64,000 nt of DNA from Camelus ferus. Lineage: Eukaryota. The stretch's first letter is position 1. Each line of letters begins with the position of its first letter. A model generated the notes under the pieces. That model ran no database searches and had not been told where the DNA came from. It saw nothing but the letters and a program-made list of their open reading frames with translations. The DNA is taken from NCBI RefSeq assembly GCF_009834535.1, contig NC_045713.1, forward strand, positions 14,074,001 through 14,138,000. The letters are read 5' to 3'. Position numbers and translations under genes: made by a program. Below are positions 41,261 to 53,900 of the stretch, one piece after another.

Positions 41261-42354
41261 GGGGACGGTGACTTCCTGTGGAAGGGAGAGGTTCTGGGAA
41301 GTGGTGTCACAGCACCCCCCCCCCCCACTGCAGCCCTTGCTGTCTCCCTTCCTCTGAGCCCGCACAGCCCTCATCTGTACTTCGGTGTTCATTAAACATG
41401 GTCTTGTTACATGAACTCCAGGGATCTGAATCTGGTTTCTTCAACCAGAGGGGCCTCCAGGGGCTCCCCCCAGGCATGCCACCAAGTGGGGTGCAGCCTC
41501 CTGCTTGTCAGTGTTCTATCACGGGGATGTCCTTTTAAAAACATAGCCTTTCAGAAGCAGCTGAAGGCATATCTGAGCACTTTTCACACAGCTTCCTCTG
41601 CAAACTTCCTGAACCGGGGTGTTCTTTTGCTGGTGAGTAAGTCCAGAGGACTCTCTGTGACTGCCCCAAGGGCCCCTGCCCAACCTTCCCAGAGGTCTGG
41701 CCCACAGAGGATAGTTGCTGCTTAGTCATAATTTCTGTATCATGAGATCTTTGCATGTGCATGCAAAATACTCATTGTCTTTGAATTTCATATCTTTTTA
41801 CTTATTTACTAAAACTAAAAGATATGTGTGATTATTATCCTTATTATCTGATATTAGGTATTCCCAAATACGGCATAATTTATTTTGTTAATATTCTTTG
41901 TTATTCCTGATTATTTATCATTAGCTTTTGATGTTAAAAATTAGCCAAAGTTTTATGGAATTGCATAATGAGTTATCATTTGTTTTTCTAGAAACATTTG
42001 CAAGTTTGTTTTAAAAACAAAACATTGAACATAGTTTAAACCAGTCCATTAAATGATTCATCGAAGTGGACTGTATGCCTTTAAGGCTTCAGAAAATCAG
42101 TTTTCCAAAAATAACTTATAATACAAAAGTAAGTCATTTGTATTTTATAAATTTTTCAGTTTTAGTTATTTAATTAAAATTAGTATTTCAATTTTTCCTA
42201 TTTGTTTAAGTTCCATGCTTAAATTTTTTTACTTTTTCAAGGCAACTTATTTTTAACACTTCTGAAGATTTCAGAAGAACTTCAACTTCCTCTTATCCAT
42301 TTCCTGAAGTGACAAAGCCTTTATTATACTCTCCTTACATATTTTATATTTCAT

Positions 42355-42535
42355 AGATTATTTTTATAACTTTATTTTGAAATAATTTTAGATTTACAGA
42401 GGAGTTTCCAGGATGGTACCAACCTCCTACATACCCTCCCCAGCTTCCCCCAGAGTTAACAGCTCACATTTATCAAAACTAAGAAATTAATATTAGTATG
42501 ATGCTAGAAACGTAAACTACAGTCTTTATTCAGAT
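42355..42535 (-). mobile_element. L1M 3' end fragment (antisense)
   Basis: TTTATTTTGAAATAATTTAGATTTACAGAGGAGTT...CAAAACTAAGAAATTAATATTAGT...TTTATTCAGATT. Confidence 0.65.
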
Positions 42536-45009
42536 TCCCTTTTTTGTTCCAGCAATAGATTTAATTTTTATAGATACTTCCTTTCCCACATTTTATTTAA
42601 ATCCTGAATGTCATCAAATACACAAGACTAACACTGGTCAAAAAAAAATGGCCAGGCAGTACAGCGAATGTCTCAAACATGAATTCATATGTCTTGATTG
42701 TCCTCCCCAAAATGTCCTGTTTGCAGAAGAGGTTACCAAGTGAGGCAGCAGTGCTGAGACTGCCTCACAGGTGCTTCACACTATGCTGTCAAGTTAATAG
42801 AAAAGTGTGTGGATTTTAAAAAATAGCCTGCTGTCAAAAAAAGAAAAAAAGCATGACCTTTGTTATATTCAGGTCAGATTGTGCCGGAAACTGTTAGGTG
42901 CAGTGTCACATTACTGTCGCTAGGGCTGAAATGCCTCCCACATGTGCAGAGGACCCCATTTCACGTGACCATATGGAATTTATCAAGGCCGTGCTTGGGA
43001 CAGAGGAAGCAGAATCAGTGGACCCACTGTCATGCAGACACTCTGACCCATGTCATGACAGAACACAACAAACAAAAGGCTTCTGCTTTAGATCGCTGAA
43101 GCCCCAGGCATGGCTGCTCAGCTCGGTTTGCCAGTTATAAGCGCCCCTGGCCAGAGGCAGCCTACGGGTCTGATCTCATCCATCGGTGCCATCGATAGCA
43201 CGGGGAAGTTCACACAATCCAAGCTGTCCTGTCCCCTGTTTTTATCTTCCCGTGAAGACGGAGGGACACATCTCTGTCCTATTACTTCCTGAAGTGCATT
43301 GACTGGCTAAGGACATGTTTTGTCAAAAGCTTGCAAGCTAAAGATGGAAGAGAAAAAAAGTTGTGTGACTAATTTTACTCTCTTGTTCTTACGTAGGATA
43401 GTTATTGGTTGAAAAATGGATTGCTGGGCTGACATTGTGGAGCATTTCAATGAATGTAATAGAAATTCCAAGGACCTTGTGAAGATATATGTAGTGAGTG
43501 AATGTGTGGCTTTGAAGCAAAATCTAACTTTGGAAAAGTGAAAATAAGTGACTTAGTAATATGTTTGGTCAGTGTTAATTTGAGTCCTAAATAAACAAAT
43601 GGATCAACATCAGTGTGAAATACTTGATATGGAAACGTTTCCGTGAGGTGGGGGTTCCTGAGTGCATTATCTCCAGGACGGACAACATCCAAGGAGAAGG
43701 AAGCACTGGACGTGAATTTAAGGGGCTGCAGTAGCTGATCGTGATCCATGCTGAGAAGTTTCTCCATTACAGAGAGAGATACCCAGCTGCTTTTCTCCTT
43801 TGACGAGTGCCAGCCAAGTCTTTCCCTGATCTGTCTTGTTTACTCTTGTTCCCGGCGCCTGTCACATGGACGTGCTCCATAAATGTGAGGAATGGCCATC
43901 AGGAATCATGGTCCAAACTTCTCAGCCAAGAATTGCATGCATCCCTGTCAGGTGTAAAATTCAGTGTCCAAAGTCATACCCCTTCCAAATGAGAACATTT
44001 TACCTGGAAGTTTATAGAAGTCAATATTTATGTCTTTTCTAATACCTTGTGTTTTAATTGGGTGTACATATATAACATCAGGGAGAACATAAGACCTACT
44101 TTCTCTGTGGCCTGTGCGCACGTCCGTCTTGCCGGTTCCTCCCAGTGCTGGAGGACTGCCAGCGGCCCTCCCATCCTTCCTGCCCTGCTCTCGCCTCCCA
44201 TTCCTCTTACGCTGGTGGACACGCACTCCTGCTGCTCCCTCTTCCTTTGCAGTTGCCTCCCGAGACCTGTGCATTCTTGTCAGCACTTTTCTGCTGCCAC
44301 CCTTAGGTGGCCTGGCCCAAGTTGAAGAAGTCCTGATCTTGTAGGGAAAAGAGACTTGGCCTCCAGTCGGCTCTTTGCCGCCAGCTGTTTTTCAGTTTCT
44401 CTTCTGAACCAAGAGCCTCTGCCTCTGGGCCATTTCCCCATCCCTTAGTGGGCTTCATGCCCCAAGCCCTGGACCCTTCCCCTGAGGTCCCTGTGGACCT
44501 AACACTTTGCCAGTGTCCCCATCCCTCCCCTAGAGACTCAGACTGTGAGAAGCAGGAGCCCTATGTGGTCCCACCTGTGCTGAGGCCTGTCGGATAACCC
44601 TAGGAGGGAGATGGCTGTGCACTGATCTCATGTGACTGTGTGTTCCTGGGGCCTGTGGTTGAGGATGCCCCCAACATTCCCCGTAATGACTTCTTACTGT
44701 AAGTGTGCTTAGGACCATCTTGTGGTTGACATCAGTGACAGGCCAGAATTGGGCAAGATATGTTCCCTGGGTGGGGAGTGAATCCCCTGGCTAGGGGTGT
44801 ACGGGTGCAGGCCTGTATCCTCCGACATTTCAGAGGCCTGCCTCCCTCAGGGTGGGTCAACCCTGGGCCACAGTGTCTGCCCAGAGTTCAGCCAGGCTGG
44901 GCTACCCCTCTTCTGCTCCCACCACCACATCACATGGGCCCCTTTGTGGGCCTGGTCCATAGTAATCGTGTCCCAGCTTGCGTCCCCACCTGTAGCCACC
45001 CCTGGAAGT

Positions 45010-45150
45010 ACTTTGTTTTATTGTCTTTTTTGACATTGAATTTAACCATTTTAAAGTCAGCACTTCAGTGGCGTTTAGTGCCTTCACGGTGCTGTGCACC
45101 CACCACTTCTGTTTCCACAATATTTGCATCACCCTGCAAAGAGACTCATT
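45010..45150 (-). mobile_element. L1MB-like 3' fragment (antisense)
   Basis: TTTAACCATTTTAAAG...TTCAGTGGCGTTTAGT...TTCACGGTGCTGTGCA...CATCACCC. Confidence 0.65.
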
Positions 45151-45970
45151 TAAGCACCTGCTCTGCATTCCTCCTTGTCTCTCGGTTTTTTTAAAAGGTA
45201 ATATGTGCACCTAGTAAAAATGTCCCACAGTACCAGAACAGCTACAGTGGGAGATGTCCTTCTCTCTCTGGTCCTCAGGGCCCACCACTGTCAGCAGGGT
45301 CTGCATGCACATCAGGTAAAACACCTGTGCACCCCCCCGCCCCCCGCCTCCTGTCATACAAATGCAGGTATCTCAGGGATCATCACCTGCTTCCATCTCA
45401 TCAGCAGCTGCCCAGCTTTATGTGGTTTGGTCGTCTCTGATTTAAACACGAACAGGATCGTGTGTCTCCCCTGCTCAAAGCCTCTTCATCTTTTCAGACC
45501 TCATTTAGAGAGCACCCCCTGGGGGTTGTCTGAGCCTCCTGGGCCCTCCCTCCTTTGTGCCACCTCTGCATGAAGTAACAGCGTTTCTGGTTTGGCATTG
45601 GGACATCACTGTCTGTGACTCCAGCCCCCGGGGGTAGGGTAGAAGCGCTCTTACTCAATTTTGTCTCCCCAGAGCCTAGCTCAGTGCCTGCACATAGTAG
45701 CTGCTCAACAGGCATCAGAGTGGCTTAGGGTTGAAGGCTGACAGGGCCCAGGCGTTGTGAATTCTGACTGCTGGAGTCAAAGGAGGTTGCGCTGGCCCTC
45801 AGGATGCTGAGCCCAGAGCGGGGCAGATGGTGCACCCAGGGATGAGGATTCACCCAGCGCCCTTTCTGAGAACCTGCTCCCTGTTCCAGGCCCAGTGCCA
45901 GGCCCTGGTTTACTGTAAACCAGCCGGATTCACCCCTCCTTCCTCTAAGCAGCCCAGGGAGAGAGCCCCA

Positions 45971-45989
45971 CACTGCCCCCTGGTGGTCA
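45971..45989 (-). promoter_or_regulatory. Candidate CTCF site
   Basis: The minus strand reads TGACCACCAGGGGGCAGTG, a near-perfect match to the CTCF core consensus (CCASYAGRKGGCRS). Confidence 0.6.
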
Positions 45990-47169
45990 GGGCCGCCCTC
46001 TGGGCTCCCTGCCTGCTGCTGCTGGTCCACCCCGAGTAAGGATCAATCAGGCCATTTCACGTCAGCCCTCAAAGGTTGGGGTCAGCGAGAAGAGGGTGCT
46101 GCTCGGTCTCTGGGATCACCCTAATCATCTGCCTCTGACCTCTTGCCTCTCCCGGGCCTGACATCCAGCTGGAGCCACTGGGCACTACTCAGGGTCCCCT
46201 GCAGGGCTGGCTGCCCCTAGCTGTGCTCCTGGAGCCTCCCTCTACCAGTGTCCTGCTTGTGTTTACCCAGAGGACACTTTTTATTTAAAAAATTTGTGTT
46301 ATTTTATACGCTCTACTTATTTTAATTATACAAAAAAGTCACCTTTACACATATTCCCCCAACTCCTGCCCAAAGTGAAACTACATTTTGTTTGGTCTCC
46401 TCCCAGCCTTGCCTGGGCCACACATATCTCTTATCTAGCCTGGTCAGGAGAGCCAGTGCCCTGTCTCAGAGTCACACCCTCTGGTGTGTCCTCATGGCCA
46501 CTCGGAAGAATGGGACTGTCCACTGGGACAAGGCTCCCTGCCTGGACACGTCATCTGCAGTTTCCTGATGTTCTTGATAAGGCTGCCAGGTCAGGCTGCA
46601 GGACTCTATTCTTTCTTCTTTGAAATGGCTTCCTCAGGATAAGCTCACTTCTCCAATCATTTGTAATTTTATTCCTGGTTTCTACCTCCCCAGCCATCCC
46701 CTCCCTTCCCAAGGTCTCTGCAAAGTACCATGGGATTTCCCTCTCCCATCATCTTTCAGTTCAGACAGTGGTGGGCCCTTCTGTCCCCATTAAAACCCTT
46801 GGGGAAGTCAGGACCCTACCCTGAATCCCTCTGTACCTCTCCCTATCAGGGTCTCTGGCTCGAGTTTCCCAAAGTCCCTCCTCCTTTATTCCTGGAACTC
46901 CCAACCTGCACAATGACAGGCCATGGGCTTGTGACACCGTGATTTCACACCAGGGGGTGCAGAGCTCTGAGGGAGAAGGTGGAGGTATATGTCCCCAGCC
47001 ATTCTCTTCCACATTCCCTGGCCCATCTCATCCCAGGACCCTACTTAGTGCTGGGCGACCCAGAGGAAGATGACTTGGGTCTCTCCTGGCCCTGTCACTG
47101 GTCAACAGACGCTCCCTGAGCTCTTGTGAAGGAAGCAGGTGGTGTAATGAGCCACACGGGCTGGGCTCA

Positions 47170-47340
47170 GCCTGTGGAGTTTGAGTTTCAATTTCACTAC
47201 TTGTAAGCCAGCTGACCCCAGGCAAGGTATTTAACCTCCCTAGCCTGTTTTCTAGTCCACAAAATGAAGGTAATGGTGATATCTTCCTCAAAGGATAATT
47301 GTGCGGATTAAAGCATACCCCAAAATGCTTAGCGGGGAGG
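47170..47340 (+). mobile_element. MIR SINE fragment
   Basis: GACCCCAGGCAAGGTATTTAACCTC...AAAATGAAGGTAATG...TGTGCGGATTAAAG. Confidence 0.6.
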
Positions 47341-49739
47341 GTTGAAGGACTCCAGGAGGGGAGTGGCTGGTCAGATGTATCAGTTAGGAAGATCGCGTGG
47401 CTGTAGCATAAATAAGACTGGGCAGGCAGACCAGGTTCGAGGCTGTGAGAAGACCCAGGCCAGAAACGAAGGCCTGCCTGAGAGGCAGCGGCAGCAGTGG
47501 GGCAGGGGAAGAGCTGGGAAGCCACAGAATCTCGGGGCCTGATGAGTCATGAAGAGTGAGCCGTGACTCGAAGGCTGCTGGTGTTCGCAGCCAGCTGGGT
47601 GGTTGAGCCTCTTGCCTGAAATGGAAATAACTGAGTGGAAGCTGGTGGTGATGCAGGGAGGAGGTAAGCTCAGCTTGACACGATCTGGTTGGAGGTGCCA
47701 GCAGCCCCACCAGCGACCCACTGTGACCTCTCACATCAGAATTTGGGCAGAAAACCAGAGTACAGTGAGCAAAGCCGATCTACTCTCTGAACCTGCAGAG
47801 GGAACTGTCTCCCTGAACCTCTGGTGTCGGGGCTGCTGGCTTCTGCCCACCTTGCTGCCTGTCTTTGAGATGCCTTAAGAATGATGGTAAAAAAGTTCCC
47901 TACATTTGACTAAAAAGTATGATCCACCCTTACTGTATAAGCCCAGCAAGTAACCTAGTAAATTGGAGGTAAAAAATATTTGAATTCTAACAAACATTTT
48001 ATTCTTAATTGGGTTATATGCTTTTTTTAATGAAGTGCTTGATCACTCGCAAACATCTATGTGTATGTATGCATAAATATCATTGCAATGAGATGATCAA
48101 GTGGAAACATTGTAGGGGCCAATTATGTTTAAGGATCAAAAGAATTTTTTTCAGTTAGTGCATTCATCTAATTCTGAGCAGCAACATCACTTTTTCTACT
48201 TCGTTTTATGGGGAATTGAATGAAGTAGAGTTTTTTCAGTTTCTTAAAACGTTGCTTTTGGCTATGCTGTTTCCTGAGGTGGAGTGTCCTACATCTCCTC
48301 TCCTTAGGCTGAAGTCTCACCCTGCTTGCAGCCTCCCCAGCTTCCTGACCAGTGCCAGTTTCCCAGTCTGGACTCCCTTGGCCCTGGACCTTTAGTGCCT
48401 GGAGTTTGGGGGCCAGGCCTGGGGCAGGCATACAAGCATCCGCTTGCTCTGAGGGCTTCAGGTCTGTAAAAGTGCAGGTGATCGCCGAGGGGTAGGACAG
48501 GGCAGGGAGAATCCAGGGAACACCTGGGACCTGCATTGAAACTGAAGCTGCAGGGCCTGGGCCTGTCCCTGTCCCTCCTTGTGACTCCATGAAGGAATGA
48601 GGGCGTCCGGGCAGGCGGAGGTGAACTGGAGAGAGAGGAGGTGTGGAGAAGTGGGCAGCAGACTGCGGCAGCAGAGACGCCCATTCAGACAGCCTGACAA
48701 ATGGCCCTCAGCTTAGAGAAATGGCGGTCACCAGCAACCTTGGCAAGGGCAAGGAGCTGGGGAGGAGGTGGAGACACTGAGTGAAGATTCCTCTTTCCAG
48801 AAGTCAGAGTCAGGGACAAGGAAGCCAGGGGCAGAGGGCAGTGGGGAGGGCTCTAGCTGAATGGTGGCCCCCCTCTCTTTTGAACCAGGACAGACATGGC
48901 ACTCTGCGGGCTGCAAGTTCAGAGAGGGGCAGACCCAGCCTCACTAAGAGGCTATGAGGGAGGTTCCTGTTGTGGAAAGTGGGTCTGAGTGTCCAGTGGG
49001 AGGGCCAGACCAGGGGAGGTAACTCCCTCCCCACAGCCCATGTAAAGAGGTGGATGACAGCTACTGGCCAGGCCCTCAAGGAGAGTGCTTGAACATGGGC
49101 ACAAGGGCTTGGGGCTCAAGCCAGACCCAGGACCAGCTGGCAGCCACCCAGGGTGCCTTAAATGGAGGGGACAAAAGGGCAAAGGGAACCAGAGCTGATG
49201 GGTAGAGATAAGGCAGCTAGCTGGGGCAATGGGATGGCCAAGTGGGATCACCTGGGCAGTGCCAGTCCCAGGCCAGGGTGCCTGCTTGGCTTAGAGGGAA
49301 CCACTTACTGCTGCTACAGAAATCAAGGCAGCCCTGAATTTGTGGGCTTTGTGTGGGGACAGGCAGGCTGGGGACGACAGATGTAGAAATCCGGGGAAGC
49401 CTTCACAGGTCTTAACACCGACAGGGCTTCAAACTTGTCATGCCCACATTTTGAGGGACAGAGAACCGCCTCAACTGTAGTCTGGGTCCCTGAGGCAAAG
49501 GAGGAAACAGATGCCGGGGAGGCGGCTCCTTTACTTTGGAAGCCAGGGGAGAAATCACCAATTGCTGGATCGGGTATGGTGGGTCTGAAGGAGACTGCGG
49601 ACAGGGGTACACAGGAGGCTTGCGGCCAGAGACCAGGACTTCACAGGGAAGTGGGGGCTTCCCTGGGGGCTGCAGCAGAACAGACTGACGCCGGGGATAC
49701 AGGACTTCGGCTTCGCCTGCTAGGACCCTCAGATTGACC

Positions 49740-50900
49740 CAGGAGGTGTGAGGACGCCCTCGGGGGCTGGGCCGTGAGAACACCGAGGCCGGGCTCCACA
49801 CCAAGAACGCAAAGAACAGCGACGCTCGGAACCGAACACCTGCTAACGCCACGCAGCCGCAGAGAAGGCGGGGCGCCTCGAGCCCCGCCCCGTATGCAAA
49901 TATGGCGCGGCACCGCCCCGCCCCGACCCAGGGGCCGGACAGGCCCAACGCCGCGGGGTTTGAGAGGCCGGCGGCGCACGACAGCGCACCTGTGGAGGCC
50001 GCGGTGGGGCTGGCGCCAGGGTCCGGGAGGGCTGGGCGACAGTGCAGTGAGGGGGCGGTCAGCGAGGCGTCCGAGGGGCACCCCCCACCAGCGCGAGGTG
50101 GTACAGCCCGCAGGGGCGGGTCCCGGGTCATGTGACGCGCCCGCGACCGCCATTTTGTTCTGCGGTGCTGGTATTTAGAGCGCAGCGGCTGACGGGCGGG
50201 ATCGCCTTCGCAGCCGCCTGACCGCTCGCTTCGCACAGCTCGCCGCCCGCCGCCCGGCCCGACCTCGTCCCCACCTCAACCCGCTGAGCTCGCCCCCTCC
50301 CCACTCGCAGACATGTCCGAGGCCAAGCACGGCCCCGAGTACGCTTCTTTTTTCGCGGTCATGGGCGCTTCGTCCGCCATGATCTTCAGCGGTGAGCGCC
50401 GTGGCAGGAGGGACCCGGGAGGCGGGGGCCGCGCGGGGCTTGTGCCCACGGCTCGCCGGGGTTCGGCCTGTGACGTCACTGTGACGTAATTTCGAGCTGT
50501 TGGGGGTCCCAGTCCTCACGTGACTGCGGGCGGGGGAGGGGGCTGCGGGGGCTGTGGGGTGTCTGGAGCGCAGGGCCTGCGGGCCAGGCCCTGGTGTGGG
50601 TCTTAGAGTCTCCCGAGGGTCCCAGGACCGCAGCCCAGTCAGCCGGCGGTGTCAGTGCGGGGGTTGGGCGGCGGCGCCGCTGCCATCTTAGTCCCTGGAG
50701 AGTCCGGAGCGAGGCTGGGGTGGGGGCTCGCGGTCCTGCGCTTGCTCTGTACCCGCCCCCCAATCCTGCGGGCAGGTGTGACATCACACCTCGGAAAGCT
50801 CCCCAAACAGGGGCCGATCCTGTCCGTGGGCGGTAGGAGATCCGTCCCTGGAGCTCCCCGCATAGGTCCACAGCCCTCGCCCTCGTGGCCGCCTGCCCCC
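49740..50900. promoter_or_regulatory. ATP6V0C CpG-island promoter and proximal intron 1 with octamer (49894-49901), M-box/CLEAR-like GTCATGTGAC (50127-50136), YY1 CCGCCATTTT (50147-50156), CRE TGACGTCA (50471-50478) and TCACGTGAC (50516-50524)
   Basis: Motifs read directly from the sequence. CpG island surrounds ATG 50313. Confidence 0.75.
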
Positions 50901-53900
50901 CCCCGTGGGGGGGGTCAGGTGGGTCTGCACCTAGGCAGCTGCTTCCGGTTAGGGCTTGTCGGTGTTTCCCAATACCCTTGCTAGGCTTTGTGGGTTGGTT
51001 AGGAAAGCTGGGCTGAGCGTTTGGTCCTGAGAGCCGGCAGGAACCCAGAGGTGGGAGTGGAATTGGTGGGTGGGGGACGGTCAGACAGGCTGAGGGCGCA
51101 GGATGGATGTCTGGGAGACGGGCCAGCCTCAGCACTGTGTGTGTGGACTCTTGTCTGGATGGGTGAAGTTGCTTGAAGCCTCAGCTTTGAGGGGTCTTTT
51201 TCCGTAGGAAGAAGTCTTCAGCTCAGGCCAGAATGAATGAATGACCTTCCTCCCCTTCCCTGAGGCCTGGAATTGGGAGGGGCTACCCTGGGAATGCAGA
51301 AGGGGCCTTCCAGGGTTCTTGATGGCAACCTGGTTTTGAAGTTGGGCCTTAACAGTCTTGGGATGTCAAATTCAGTGAAAATGGCTTATCTGGGAGGAGG
51401 GTACTTGGCCCAGGTCAAGGAACTGTGGGACCCAGGGAGGTGAGTCCTGACACAGCTGCAGCACCCGTGGACTGGTCTGGCCTGGTCTGGGCCAGGGCTT
51501 TTCGAGTAGGTCTGGTTTTGGACTTTGATGACTCGCCCTGCCCCACCCTATCTGGTGGGTTGGGAAGGCTCCCCATACAGGTATGTGCAGGGATGGAACT
51601 CCAAACAATCTCTGCTGACTGTAAACACTAATGGGTAGGGGCTTGGGGGCCTCCCTCTGTCTGGGCCTGCCTGCTGGTCACAAGCTGCTGAGTGAGCCCT
51701 GCCCTTCCCATCATGTGCGAGTAAGGGGTCATTTGTGGTGGGAGAAGTAGCCTGTACTTCCCCTTCCTTGCTAGGCAACGCCTACTCTTTCCACATCTCC
51801 AGAAGCTGCCTACTCTCCCGCACCTCCCAGCAGGCTGCTGTGGCCCCTTTTCCCCCAGCCCCTTCTGCTCTTTGCCTCCAGAATGCCTCCAGGGAGTCTG
51901 CTTTGCCGGGCCACCTGTGGGTGTTATGTCTGTCATTTAACATTCACATTTCGATTTGTGCTCCTACCGCACGCCAGGCACTGGGGGGACATCAGTGAAC
52001 AAAACAAGATCCCTGCCCACGTGGAACCTGAATTCTGGCTCAGTTTACCCCGAAACCCTCCTTCTGGTCACCAGGTGCCTCTCTTTTTAGAACTTGGTAA
52101 TTTTGAACAGAGCCTGACCAGCAGGTCTTCGGAAGTTACTGATAACAGGGTATCACTGGTCCAGGGCTTTTTTGTTTTCCCCAGGTTCCTGGGAATTGGG
52201 ACCACCTGCTCCTGTATCCTGTAAGCAGCACCACTCCTCCCCTCCTGACATGGGGCTTAACATGACCCTACGGTAGCCAACTTCTTAGTTGGCCAATTGG
52301 GTCAGCCTCTAACTTCATTTCTTTCTCTAAAGCCTTTCTCCAAGGCTTCTCTTCTACCTCCCTGTGCCTTCCTGAACAGTTTTCAGGCTCAGGTGTCACT
52401 GTCAGGGTGACAGCAAGCCCTGTCCGCTGCTCCTGGCCCACGTAGCACTTAGCTGATTTGTCTTCTTACAACAGAATGAGGCCCCCCTCTGTCTCAGGCC
52501 TCCCAGTCTCCATCTCATGCTAGCTTCCCCTTCCTTCCTTCCTTTCTTTTTTTCTTTCTTTCTTTGTAAAGTTAAATTTATTTAGAGAAATGCATAGAGT
52601 GCAGGCTGTTTCAGAAGGCAAGAGAAAGGCCATGAGGTGTTGGGGCGGTGGGTGCTCAGGTTAAAGTAAAAGTAGACACACAGTCCGTAGAGTGCAGGCC
52701 ATCTCCAAAGATGAGGGAGCAAGAGAAGTGGCCTCTTTTTTTTTTTAAATTCTTACTACCTTTTTTCTTAACTTATGACCCAAGTCCTGTAGATTTCTTT
52801 CTTCATCATGTGTTCCTCGAAGCTGTCACTTGCTCCTTTTCTGTATTGTCTGTGACTTCCTCCGTCCTAGTGGGCCTCCTGTGTTTGGTGCAATGTACTT
52901 GGAACTGCCTCCTGATTCCTCTGTTTCTGTCCACTGTTCCACCTGGAGCCCCTTCAGGCCTGGCCTTTGAAGCTCGCATCCCGGGCCTTCCCGGACACCT
53001 GCTGCTGCCCCGGGGAGGCTGCTTTTCCCTCCTAGTGGTCCTCATTGTTTCTTCCCTTTGTTCCTCTTGTCTCTTCCCCACCCCCAGCCACATGACCTCC
53101 CTCCGCCCTCTGTAGAGAAACTTACTTCCCGGCACTAGCCTGTCCAGCCTTGCCGGGCCCGCTGGCTGGGATGCTGACTTCCCCGTAATGGGTTCCCACC
53201 TAGTGCTACGTGTCAGCCCGTGCCTTTCCTCTTGAGTAATGAGCCCTGGCATTGGCCTGATATGCTGGGTCCGCAGTAGGAGGCCAAAAAAAATGCAAGA
53301 GTGGCTTCATGAAGATGGGCTCTGTGTCCCAGCACCTGAAGGCCGGTTGTCTAGTTGTGGTGGCGTCTGTGCACCCCCTGGATGCTGTGTGGAAGAGTCA
53401 GTGCAGGTCCTTCTTCCCCAACCCCTGCCTCCTTCCTCCCTCTAGTTGCTCCTTGTCTTGCACCATCTTAGTTGGTGTCTCTGCTCCTGTGGTCTGTAAT
53501 CCTCTTCCTCTTGTCCTGTCTTTCTGTGACCACCTCATTGTCACTCCTCCACTCAGTTATCACCTCCCTTAGGAAGCCCTTCCCCAGACCTACCCACTCT
53601 CCTGGAACGCGTTGCTGTGATTGGAGGGACTGTGTCTCTTCATGGGGTTTAGAGTCCCTCTGACCTCACCCCTGCTCTGTGGTGAGGACAGAGTAGTCAT
53701 CTTTTGTGGCCCAAAGAGGTGAGTAAAAGATGTAGGGGCATGTCTGGGATTTTCCTGGCCCCTTCCACCTCAGACCCATGTCAGCATCTGCACACCAGTG
53801 CATTGGGACTCTGAGGGCAGGCGACAGGAGTCAGAAGAGCTGCCTGAGCCCCCTGTGGCTCTCTGTTGTCTTTGCAAACCTTCTAGACTTGGAAGATAGG

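Noticed and set aside
41740-42340. Very AT-rich block (a similar one lies at about 47880-48260)
   Set aside because: Probably a decayed DNA-transposon or LINE remnant. I could not identify terminal repeats or a family, so it is not called.
49412-50236. 274-aa minus-strand ORF at the ATP6V0C promoter
   Set aside because: CpG-island shadow with no homology signal I can recognise.
50313-50391. ATP6V0C N-terminal/TM1 differences from human (K5-H6, S21, I24)
   Set aside because: Conservative changes at positions that vary among eukaryotes. The essential Glu is intact.
52545-52745. T-rich-flanked segment with an internal near-repeat (AGAGTGCAGGC...AAGAGAA...GGCC twice)
   Set aside because: Resembles an ERV LTR-end fragment but is too short to classify confidently without RepeatMasker.
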